Part shown: piece by piece, positions 23,872 to 35,224 of the stretch
Layout: every line of letters begins with the position of its first letter
Position numbering within the stretch: position 1 is the first letter of the stretch
Assembly: GCA_051942205.1 (NCBI GenBank)
Contig: JAVECO010000058.1
Coordinates: 1-64,000, forward strand
DNA length: 64,000 bases
Source: Coniocarpon cinnabarinum
Lineage: Eukaryota
Direction of reading: 5' to 3'
The notes under the pieces: model-generated
Told to the model about the DNA's origin: nothing
Databases searched by the model: none
What the model saw: the letters and a program-made list of their open reading frames with translations, nothing else
Position numbers and translations under genes: made by a program

Positions 23872-24674
23872 GACATGTTCTTCGAGCGGCTTCCCGTCGC
23901 ATCCACAATCTAAAAAATTTCGCAAACGACTTGCAACGGTCACCTGACATTGGGCGGAGTTTGGGCCCCTAACGACACACCGAATCTTGCACTACGCTCT
24001 ATGAAGGCCGAGGAAAGGCACCTCTACGCCTTGAGGCTGGACTTCCTAAAGAGCATCTCCCCACAAAACAGGACGTCACGTGCACTCGCTTTACCTTCTC
24101 ATTAGATATCAAATTAGGGTTTGGCCTCCTTTGATCAAGCGCTGACGAAGGAGTTGGGGTATTCCCCGCGTACGTAAAGGAATGAACAAGTTTCACCAAC
24201 GTCGGAAATGGCTTGTCTTTACTGTCTGCTGTCTTCTTATGAGCTTTGACTTTTTTGGAAAGGTGTGACTGGTCATCGTCTGGTTTACTGAAAGATCGTA
24301 GCATCATGCCGACACTGATCTTGCTCGTGAACGTGCCCGGTCACGTGTCGAATGCGAGCGCAATCCGTGAACTTCTCGAAATCCGCGACACGGCGTGTCA
24401 CTGTCCCTAGACTGGATGCACGTACGCGATTGCACGTGCGCGGTATTGCTGGCAAGAACGTAGCGGTCCGTCATCGTCAAGGCACGTAATAATGGATTAT
24501 CGACATTCGGTCAGTGGACTCGACTCATGTCGGAGGATATAGCGCACCTGGTGCACAGCTGGTTTAGTGACATCCGTAGGTCGTTCGTTACTTGTCTATT
24601 TGATACCATGCTATTTCACATCGGCGTCGGAACACAAGACTCGTATGTAATATTTTGCAACGAAAGTCACATCT

Positions 24675-24738
24675 AAGCTTCTCACCAAGCTTCTAAACAA
24701 GCTTTCAGTCAACCTTTTATCAAGCTTCTGTCAAGCTC
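24675..24738. repeat. Degenerate 11-12 bp tandem repeat with AAGCTT core
   Basis: AAGCTT-like cores at 24675, 24687, 24699, 24711 (AACCTT), 24722 and 24733 (AAGCTC). Confidence 0.8.
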
Positions 24739-25404
24739 GCTGAAGATTCCAGATAGACATATCTCACGTTGGGTTCATGAACAAACGTGATGTTCAGGCC
24801 GTACATGGGCTTGACGTTGGATTCGTATGAGCTTATGTCAGGCGTATCAAAAAGTAGAGGTTAGGTCAAGTCGAGTCGAGTCAGGCTAGAGGTTGAGCCA
24901 AGCCAAGTAAGCTAGACGTCAAGTCAAGCCCTACCAAAGTTTTACATTGACCTCATGCGTGACATTAGATGCAGCGTCGTGTGAGGATGTCTGTTAAAGG
25001 AGATGTTCAAAGTCTATGATGTGATGAAAGTCCTGATGGTCGACTGCGGCTGAATATGATAATAGCATCAACACGCCGTCGCGGCATGGCTGCGAAGAAT
25101 GGTTGAACTTACGGCGAGAGTTGAGGTCTGGCTAAGGGTCGATGTGGGTAAAAGTCGACTGGCAAGTGTGTCTCGCGTTGCTTTTGGTGGATACGCGCAC
25201 GTGTGATAGGTCAACGCTCTTTATGATGATGTGTGGACGATGGGAATGTTGTTGCGATATCGATCTCTTGGTTGAAGCGTGGCTTTCAGTGAGCACTGAT
25301 GGACTTTTTGTGTGATTGTGAGCTTCGCTTTTAAGATTGTACAGATTGAGGAGGACGCAGGTACGAGCATTTTGAATACTGTTGTTTGGATTAGGTAGGA
25401 TAAT

Positions 25405-25560
25405 GAAGAGGAGCACGAGGAGGAAGAGGAAGAAGGGGAGGAAGAGGAAGAAGGGGGGGAAGAGGAAGAAGAGACGGAAGAGGAGGAAGAGGAGGAAGAG
25501 GAGGAAGAGGAGGAAGAGGAGGAAGAGGAGGAAGAGGAGGAAGAGGAGGAAGACGAAGAA
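25405..25560 (+). repeat. Purine-rich GAR tract including (GAAGAGGAG)8
   Basis: Eight perfect 9-mers at 25477-25548 inside a roughly 155-nt almost purine-only tract. Confidence 0.93.
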
Positions 25561-25905
25561 CCGAAGATCAACGAGATCGAGAGGTGACATGATCGGGTCC
25601 TCAATCGTTTTGTTGAACGTCTAGCATTATTCTGAAATGTAGCATGAGAAAAGTGCTCACGCGCGTTGCTAGACGCTTTGGTGGAGTCTGTTGCGCGAGA
25701 TCCTTCCCTAGAGTCCGGTTCAGACTGTGCCTCTTTCAAACCATTTCAGATCATTTTGGAACTCTGCAATTCCGTTATTATAAAGTCGATGCTGAGGAAA
25801 TTAAGGGGTTGTAATGATCGCTGGTTGAACCAGCTTCCAGAAGTATTCACAATCTCTTAGGAAAGAAAAGTAGTCCGGTTGTCTTTTAAAAATGGGATCT
25901 GGTTG

Positions 25906-27327
25906 CTATGCATCCGGTGCTGCTACAGTTGCTGCGTAGATCAACCGCCGAGCTCTATCCAACGTCAGGGGCCAGCCATTCTCCTGATGGTGAGATATAA
26001 ATTTGGCGAGGGACGGCATGCATGCGCATGAGACACCACTGAACATCTCGACCTGCCTGGTCAGTGTAAGCAATCGCAGACAATGGAGCTCCGGCGATCG
26101 TGATAGGAGATCAGAATCGAACACTGACATCCATAAAGATATGTACGCGAGCCAATAGAACCCATCGTCAACGTGCTTTACCAAGATGACGCGATAAACC
26201 AGTCCGGCTATAGACGCAGTGCATGCTCTTTGATGCCATTAGTATCGTGTAAATTAGCTTGAAGCACGCCTAGATGAAGCACTTACACAACGCCTGTTAG
26301 GAACACCACCAGTACTCCAATCTTTTTCTTGGGAGGAAGCTTGAGAGGTATGACAGCGCGAATGGGAAGTATCAAAAGTACAATGTCAGTCAGAGCGCCA
26401 ATGGCACCGAGCGGGATTCCCACTACTGCACTGGTGTGACTCTTTGTCGATTGAAGGAAGTCTCCCCACGATCCATTCGGGTACGGACTCGTCAAGACGA
26501 TTTGGACAACCGAGAAAGCAGAATATGTCGTGGTCAGAATAATCTGTTGATGCCTGATGGTCAGCCTCCCAACTTGCTCACTGGCCTGGCGCACTTACAC
26601 ATCCGCCCCGAACTGCGACCCTCATCCAGTAGAGGATCCAGAAAATTTGGTAGTACTGCAGAAGAAATGTAACTTTGATGAGCCCAAGTGCTGGACTCCC
26701 TATCACTCCTAGTATCCGCAAAGACTGTCGAAAGTAAGAAGATATAAGAATCTCCTCATAAGGTCTCAAGCTACTTTCATACCTGCACGCTGATCTCGCT
26801 AATCAGCTCGTCGATCGTTATGTCGTACATGTGTTTGCCAGCGCCTCCATGTGTGCAGTCTGGAAGGTCAGCGCCTGAAACAGTTCTGGCTCGGTAATCT
26901 TACCCAATACCGAGGCTGCATAATAAACAAGCGAGCAAAGCTTCCGAAACGTCAGTGGCTCACTAGGTCTTGAAGACGAACGTCGGCCAGTTGTGCGATG
27001 ATCGACTTCGACTTACGAATCCTAAGACGCATGTTCCTTCATGAAAAACCAATTAGTGGATTTGCCGACTCTATTATTATGAGAAAACGGATACATACCG
27101 TCATCCCATCCAAGCTTCTTCACGATTCTAACCTTTGTATAAAGACGCACAAATACCAGACATGTGGCAAGTGCACAAAAGGAAGATGTAGTGGCAATGA
27201 CAACAGGTGCTAGCGTTTGCGGATGGGAAGGATTTGCACTTGATCCAGGCGGCGGTGTTGTTACGGGTTCATGCTCGGATGGTGGACTCGGGGCTGATGG
27301 GAGGCTAGTGGCATGCGGTGAGGACAT
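25906..27327 (-). CDS. PTH11-like integral membrane protein (fungal rhodopsin-domain/GPCR-like, no CFEM), multi-intron
   Basis: Spliced frame: PPPGSSANP..VRLYTKVRIVKKLGWDDG..GAGKHMYDI..IKVTFLLQYYQIF..TDIVLLILPIRAVIPLKLPPKKKIGVLVVFLTG..VEMFSGVSCACMPSL. The 3' end is uncertain. Confidence 0.85.
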
Positions 27328-30300
27328 CGCGTCGGCGCTGATCTGGTACACGCTTTAGATTCAGGTTGAGGTAAGATGTTGCGGCAAATCCGATACTCGC
27401 GTCTCTTAGCCTATTACTGCCATAACATTGTGTAAATCCATTGCAAAACTGGATTCGATGTTCGGTGCGGAACGTGTAGATGTGGGTTCTTCGAGTTCGA
27501 GAAGATAAGGGAGCGGCGTGGAAGCAAGAAGTCTGCCGCACTTTGGGAAGCCCAGGCCTCATTTGAATCAAGCCTGTTCGCGTCGAGAAACATAAGCTTT
27601 CGGTGCTTGCAACTAGTCAAATGTGTTCTGTTTCCAAGGTTTCACCACAGCTGTTCTGGCCACATTATTTTGCGTCAAGCCGCTCAGGTGTCCTTTGAAG
27701 ATCGGCACTTGTGAAATCTTCTGTCCCAAGTTCTCGCACGCTGATCCGAGCGCATGTGCAAAGGCTGTACAGTTAGCTCACGTAAGACGCAATGCTGTTC
27801 CATCACTGTCCGCAGAGCACGGGGCTCAATGAGTCTCTCATGAAATCGCGGGACGACAAAATGTTCCCAGCAGGCACCGTCACCTCGATATCTGTCACTA
27901 CGTCTCAGGCCTTTGCGCGGCACGACAGCGAGAGAGGGCAGCTGCTAGGATCCACTTGCACGAGTGTTGTTGCTTCGAGTAAATCGGGTAAAGCAGTTGC
28001 AAGGCTCACTGCTCAGAAACAGCGGCACAGCAATGTTACTTGCTTGCTTCTCGCCCGTTCGTTGTGTCCCCGTAATGGTTCGCGCCTTGTACAACCACTG
28101 CAAGGCGTCGGAGCAGGCCATCGTCACGATCGGCGTATAACCGAGCTCGTGGGCAGCTTGGTGTACCTTGCACTTGGCTTGGATGGTTTCAGATGCTACA
28201 GGCGGCAAAACCAGTCCATTTGGCTCTTCCGCTGACTCCAATTGGCAGTCTCATGCTCAGCGACGGGCCAGATTGCACAAAAGAGGCACATTTCTCTAGC
28301 AGATCTGATATTTCTTGTTGACTGAGATTTCTGGAGTTCACAAAAGCTTGGACATGCTCTTGTGCCTGATGTGAACATGTGCTCTTTTAGTTTGTAGAAG
28401 ATACTTACTACAGCTCAAGTGCCGGTTCCACATTCCGTTTCTGTGGCAGCTCACGGCTCAGTTGCGGACTCACCGCTCGACTGCTTGTCGCTGTAAGTGT
28501 CAATGAGGTTGCGCTCTACATCCTGGGAGAGGCGACAAAATTCAACACCGAAGAACTATAGCGCAAGCCGGCTTTCAACTTCGTTCAGATTAGCAATCTG
28601 GGCGGTTTACCAAAATGAACTGTCAAGTTACGTCCAGAATCGGACCTTTTGATACAACTGACAATAACGACCAGTGCACTAAGAGTGGAGCTGTGAGCCG
28701 CTCATCAAATTCTTTAACAGATGTGCCATTGACATGGAATCGACTTGGGAAATAGAGCACCTTGTCAAGAATGCAAGCCTGTATGCTTTATGGAAGGATT
28801 TTGTCGCGTTCTCAAATGTGAGCTGGAAACGAGCGAGTCTCAGAGGAAGCCTGCTTCTTAAAGCACACATGGACGGCATGCACAGGATCAGTTGGATAGA
28901 ATTAAACAGAGTCGCCGCGGCTGCCGGACAGCTTCAAGCTAGGGTTCTTGGAACGAGACATCTCAGGCGACTGTGCATTCCACACGCCTGCTTGGGAACC
29001 ATAGGACACAGAAGGCCTCGCAAAATCTAACCTTGAGAGGTGGGAAATGCTCAACAAATTCTGGCTTTGAGAGCCCTATGCACTCCGGACGCTACATGAG
29101 CGGTCGTTAGACAATAATGCGCCAGCCGGAGCTGAGTATTCAACTTGAATCCCTAACTGATGAATTCTACCTGGACGTAGCAGGCGAGATAAAAGGCTGA
29201 ACAATTCTTTAAGTGAAGCATACCCTCAGGACTAAGCCTATCTCGTGAATACGAGCTTGCATCTGCTTGCCGCAAACCTGGCTGCGATGAAGAGCTGGAG
29301 CGCAAGTATGAAGGTGAAATTGAACACGGTTCTTGGAGGAAAAATCGGGTCTATTCCCAAAGGGGTAAGTGTTATGTTAGCGCGTTTCAATCTCGCAACC
29401 CTCTGACGAGGAGGCTGGATATCTAGCGCGTCTGTACGCTGCTTTTTCGTATCCGGCTTCATGAGCAAGGCTGTTCTAACGAAGCGAAGCCGATCCAGCA
29501 CTGTAGTAGGAAGACTCCAGACTTAGACCGCGACCCGACGCTTTGTCTTCAATTACTGGCTGGTCTCTTTGCAAGTTTGCCTCTGCGCTACATCACGAAA
29601 CCCGAGCTCGGAAGTTATCCGCGGTACAACCGTGTAGCTCGGTCAGCAATCCTCGTTGACTGCAGTTCAAGACAATATTACAATCTTTCTGTGATACACC
29701 CAAGCAAGAGGTCGCTGTGACAGTAGAGTACAACCACATAAGACTTTTCAAATGCATTCAGACCTTTGTGGTGTTGCCTGATGAGAATAAAGTTTTGGCA
29801 CACCCAAGGCAACCGCCAGGAGAGTTGACGAATGCCGTTGTAAAGGGTGCAGAAGCATCATTGACTTTCTTGCATTCTGGTCATGCTCGAAGAAGAAATC
29901 CTCAGTGCCCTGGCTGTGAGCATTACCACCGCTCCATTTAGATCTAGCAGCGGAGAAGTCTACCGGAAATACCTTGCGTTCAAAGAAGCAAGGTAATCTT
30001 GAGAAGCTTTGGAGCTGCATACTCCGAAGAGTGTCGTCAGAAGCACTCCATGTATATGTAGGTGTCCTCATTTGCATTCAAGACTAGTAGAAATACGACA
30101 ATCAACCGGAGGGCAATCGTTTAGCTTCTAGAGCTTCTCGCTGGAAATAACGACCTCGGTCCCCGTTCTCCTGCGTGGGATATCGTTGAGTGCGTCCCAC
30201 CCGGGTTGCTCGGACATGTCCCCTCGCCATATTGAACCACTTACAGACAAGGAAGAATCCCGCCTCAAGCGAAAAGCTTGAGCCACTGCCACATCTGCAA

Positions 30301-31443
30301 CGGCAATCTTTGGACACGGACTGTGCCACGTGCTTCTGCTCATATCACGAACTCACATTTCGCTCCTTTGCGTAGATTTTTCCAAAACAGCGACAGCACG
30401 GTTGCGCTCTTGCCTGGCTTCGCTATCCCGTGGTTAAGATCTCAAGCCATGACATTTTCTCTGGAACAGTTGACAAGCCTTTGGGCTGTTTCCCAACGTC
30501 TTTGGGGTTTTGAAACTGTCCTCTCATGATTCAAACACTTCAATACACCCTCTCGACTTGCGGTATTGAATCAAGCATTCTGGCTTAATTAGTTGCTGGC
30601 CCTCATTACGTGTTACGAATGTTAGCAATTCCACTGCCTGTTAGCGGCATGACTACAGGTCTTCAAATTTCACTTCCAGCGGCCGCGTGTTCTTGTCAAA
30701 CATAACGTGCAATATGATTCATACTGGCAAAAATGACGCCGAGTCTTTGGAATGGGTCAGCAAGTGATCAAATAAATTGCGGCTATCTTGAATCTCCTTA
30801 GAGACCTGCTCATTTCCGTGTAATTCCGTGGGTCTCAAGACCTCTATTTTCTGTGAGCTGTGGTTTACCCTCAACAGCGAAAGTCCTGACGTTGATCGAC
30901 ATATGCCAAGAGTCATCCATGTTGGAAAATCAGAGCCGCTTTCTGAATTCTAGTACACGGCGCTAGAGCATGTCTTCGAGGGATTGGAAAAAAATTCGAT
31001 TTTGTAGCCCTTTAGTGCCTTCAACTCCTGGCTGAAGGAAATAGAGGAGAATTTCTGCGTGGTGCTTGCAGTCAATAAAAGTCGCCATTTGAAAAAACGA
31101 GATTCGATGATATATGGTGTCGGCGCATGTATGACAAAGTTGCATACACCCTTATTCAATACCTCTGCTAGCGCACATTCAAAAGACTTAGGAAGACCAC
31201 ATTCATCTTGAATCAGAACATCCTCCCGGCATCCCATTGGCGACTTCATTGCTTGCAAAAGCCGCCTGAGACCACGATCACAAGAAGTCAGGTAACGGTC
31301 GCAACCCATATGTTGTAGATTCTCCTGAACTCTTAGAGTTCAATAGTCCAAAGGCCAATAACTTCGTCGAACACCAGTTGAAACGCGGCACAGAACTGAA
31401 TCCTTTATCCTGCATCGCTTTCAGCCTGCCGCGGCGGCAACCT

Positions 31444-31809
31444 CTATCCAGAACGAATTCCTCCCCACCGCTCCTCTAATCTTCCGATCGGTCTGAATGC
31501 CTCAGTCATACAGACTTCTAGCAGCGACTGTAGGGCTTCAAGAACCGTCGAAGAGCGAGACCCCCTTGCAAATTCTAACAGTTGTTCGCCTGCCTCTGGG
31601 CTGGATGGACCACCAACAAAAAGCGTCGTAAAGTTCTGGATAACGATGTGTGCTTGGTAGGGATATGTACCTGAGTTTGGGTTTTGTCTGATGACGATGG
31701 TTCGGTCTTCATCTTCAGAGGGTAGACCAGGTCGTTGCAGCGTTGCACACTGTCTGAGGATAAGGTCTTCAAGATCAAGCAGCTCGCGAGCACTGATGTC
31801 CTGAGTCAT
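31444..31809 (-). CDS. Small hypothetical protein (121 aa), paralogue A
   Basis: ATG-initiated ORF in a gene-poor region sharing spaced motifs with the ORF at 32959-33288 (DLxxLI-x7-Q; STxxEA[LM]Q[SA]L; ExRxGxIR). Confidence 0.6.
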   Translation of the reverse strand: MTQDISARELLDLEDLILRQCATLQRPGLPSEDEDRTIVIRQNPNSGTYPYQAHIVIQNFTTLFVGGPSSPEAGEQLLEFARGSRSSTVLEALQSLLEVCMTEAFRPIGRLEERWGGIRSG

Positions 31810-32958
31810 TTTGTAAAAGCAGAGTTTGAGATCTCGGCGAAGGGCTGATAATGATTTCTTCCGGTTACCAAAAGCGTTCTAAAGAAAATCAGGAAACTTT
31901 GCGGCAAGCGCGATTCATAAAGCCGCTGAACGTGGCCAATGTTCCCAGAGCACGCCGTAGGATGAACAAGGCGAACGTAGGATGCCGCTAAGGTGCTGCC
32001 GTGCAATCACGTTGCATCGGTCAAGACGAGACAGCAGCATTCAGGAGCTCGTCCAGGAATGCACGGCCCAAATGCCCTTCTTTCAGAGATACAACACTGT
32101 ACCTCAATACGTTGCGGTCCTCAGCAGTCAGAGCTTTATTCGAACTTGTATGCCACAGGTGGCGTACAAGGTAGCCGGCTTGAAATATGCCCGAATGACT
32201 CTCCGTACCGAGAGACCGGAGCCCCGACGTCAGAGCGCGCGTTCATTTGGGTGACAATGCCGTTGCATGCAGGGGTTGAGCAAAGACCACAGACCGATAT
32301 CAGCGTTATCTGAGTTTCATGTCCTATTTTGGGACTACAGGATCAGCCGTTATGAATGTTCTAATGTACAAGTCCATAAATGGAGTTGACTAGCAGGCAT
32401 ATCTTACACCCCACATCCTTCCATCTCACCATGAGCGACCGTGGCACACATCTAGAATAGTGACTAAGGTGAATCATTTGCCCTCTATATCGCTCAATAA
32501 GCCTCCCGCCTGCAAGTTTGCCAATGTGCTTACCGCCAGAACACAGGGGTCCATGCGAACGCTGAGTATGCAGTGATGGCCACTACCCATGCGTTTGTAC
32601 TTGCCTCATACGACGGCAACATCAAGCGCCATGGTTGGGATCATTCGGTGCTGCTTCGAGAGAGACTCCTTTGAAACCCTCACGGCGATATGAATGGCCT
32701 TCGACATGTCCTTTGCCCCTGCACAGGCCTCAACCATTCACAACGAGCACATCATACCCAAGACTCAAGGGTGGAACATTGTAAATCGTGGAAGCAGTTG
32801 GGTTATGAGTTGCACTCAATTCCGGAAGGTTCAAGTCTCGACGTACAATCCAATCTCTTCTTTACCAGCACAGCACTCAAATGCTCCGTTTTTCGTGTCG
32901 TCATTTCTGGTTCTTCCGTTGTGGAGTTGTTTGACCCGTACTTTCAATGAATCTCTTG

Positions 32959-33288
32959 TCACATGCGTCGAATCGATCCACGACGTGTCTCGAAAAAAGA
33001 ATGAGCCTTAGACTCGAACATTCGCACAAGCGCCTGCATGGCCTCTCGGCGAGTGCTGAACATGGGTGACTTGACGGTCTCACGCGTCATACTCCGACAC
33101 CAGACGTATGAGTAGAACTGTGCTGGCCCGGCTCGTGCAATCCTCCACTGTAAATCGTTTGCGGGGCCTGAGCAATGTATTTGCGTGTACACGTTCAAGA
33201 GGGCAATGAGACTCGGTAGGTCAATGTCGTCGTTTGAGGAGAGCGATCGGTCGTCACCTTGCTCTTCGTAGGGCGGAGGGTGGGTCAT
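32959..33288 (-). CDS. Small hypothetical protein (109 aa), paralogue B
   Basis: ATG at 33288 (MTHPPPYEEQ..) within the tracked ORF; shares motifs with paralogue A. Confidence 0.6.
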   Translation of the reverse strand: MTHPPPYEEQGDDRSLSSNDDIDLPSLIALLNVYTQIHCSGPANDLQWRIARAGPAQFYSYVWCRSMTRETVKSPMFSTRREAMQALVRMFESKAHSFFETRRGSIRRM

Positions 33289-35224
33289 GGCATGGGAGTA
33301 TAAAAGGCCGTCAGGAGCTTCGATGAAATGGAGACGAAAAATCGAAAGAGCGCTTGCGTACAGACGTAGAACAAGGAGAAATGTACAAAAACTGACTTTA
33401 AAAAGCTGTGAAGAATGCACGCTGAGATACTCATAAGAAGCTTCGCAAGGACTATACCGTCATCAATATTACGCAGGATTACGACACGCGCTTCATTTGC
33501 GACATCCCTGCAGAGTCACGTGTCTGGCCGCTCAGCGTGTTGGCATGCTTGTCAGTATTCTTAATGAAACAACCATGGTCGTACCGGTATCATAACCATC
33601 AATTACAGCAAGGGAGGGTCAGAGCGAAATCAAAACCACTCAATGCCTACCGTGTACCCCTTGTTTTGGGCATCAAAATGGCGTATGGACTGCCACGTCC
33701 CATGCGCAGATAATACTAATTCAAATGCTACCAAGCTGCTGCTACCAATGCCGCCGCCGTCAATATAGACAACAATATAAGGATAGTGAACAGTTAACCC
33801 GTGGCTGAAGCTGCATCACATCCCCGATCCATCCCGACTGATTTCCGTTGCTTCACTACTATATTTAGAAACTTATTACAATCGCATCCATTACCATCTG
33901 AACGTGGTCAAACTCTATCCTGTAACCTCCCCACTACAGGGTAACTGAGACCAAGCCTTGACTGTCAAGAGCCGTTTCATTGAAAACGGGACTTGTCTGA
34001 AGAATCTTTCACCTTCGTTGTCGGAACGTGAGGCCCTGCGGGCTCGTACAGTGCAGCACCTCCCTCTCCGCGCAATCAAAACTCATTGTCCATTTGATTT
34101 GTGGTGCCAACGTTCAAGTCCTCCGGACGACATCGTTATTCTCTTTGCGGTGTGGAAGACGTACATCATCAATCAACTTCCTGCGTGACATGCTCCGGTT
34201 GTTCCCAACGTGATAGGTGAGACAATATCACTTTGGCATTGTGTTGCCCTGATGCGCCGTCAAATAGACCTAAATCTGCTGCTAGTGTCGCGCACGTACG
34301 TCTCCTTCCGTATCACTCATTCATGCTGTGCTACCTTCTTTGCAGGCCGAAACAACGGCGTCGCACTGAACCTTTCGAGACAAAGCTCGCCAACCGGGAA
34401 CGAGGTCATCAGATTACGTCGAAGCTTTCTCGTCGTGTTGCGCATACTCTAAAAATCGTTATACTTCATCACACCGGAGTAGCCGTCAAAGGTGTGCACC
34501 CGAATCTCGTGACGGAATTTTTCTATCCAGGCTTGCGGATTTCAATCGAAGCTTGCAATTGTCGCATGACTTGTTGATCGCCTGCGTCAGCGTAGCCACC
34601 GCAAAGACTATGAAATGTTGCGTCGGAGACTGTTTTGGGGCTGGTGCATATCGGTATGGGAGAAAGCTGAGCTAGCGAACTACGTGTAGATCTCATAGAA
34701 ACTCACATTGCTGCAGCAAGCAAGCTCCCAGTTCGAAACAGCCTAAGAAAGAGCCTAAATACGACAATCGCGCACGAAGGCGATTGAGACTTCCAGGGCT
34801 CTTCTGGTTTGTAAAAACGTAGATTTCTGTGATACCCTCAGCTGGCCGGTCACTAGGGGGCAGCTATCTGACTTTTCAGGCATCAAGAGCAAAGTGCCTG
34901 TCTAGGTAAGCTTTACATAAACGCATAACATTATCGAGTTCCTACGTACGGAAGGCTTGGTAACAAGCACACATTGAAAATCATCCTATCATGATTTCAA
35001 CGTGGATGGAGCTAATGTGAATAATAGGTCAAACAGGTCTCAAGCCGTTTTCACATTGCTTGCACAACACGGCATTGCTTCCAGTCCTTCATCTCAACAT
35101 TCGCTCTCATAGGCCGAATGTACAATTGAAACGGCCCATGCCCATCAGCATCTATTCACCTCAATCAATGCCATGATCTGAGAGCTCAGACTGCCACGAG
35201 TCCCGAGCATCTTGTTCCGGAGAC

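Noticed and set aside
25132..25739. Poly-Ser, poly-(LLF) and poly-(KRR) ORFs
   Set aside because: They are by-products of the stop-free purine repeat.
29260..29370. CRKPGC zinc-finger-like fragment followed by GTAAGT
   Set aside because: No proper His pair, no start, flanked by stops.
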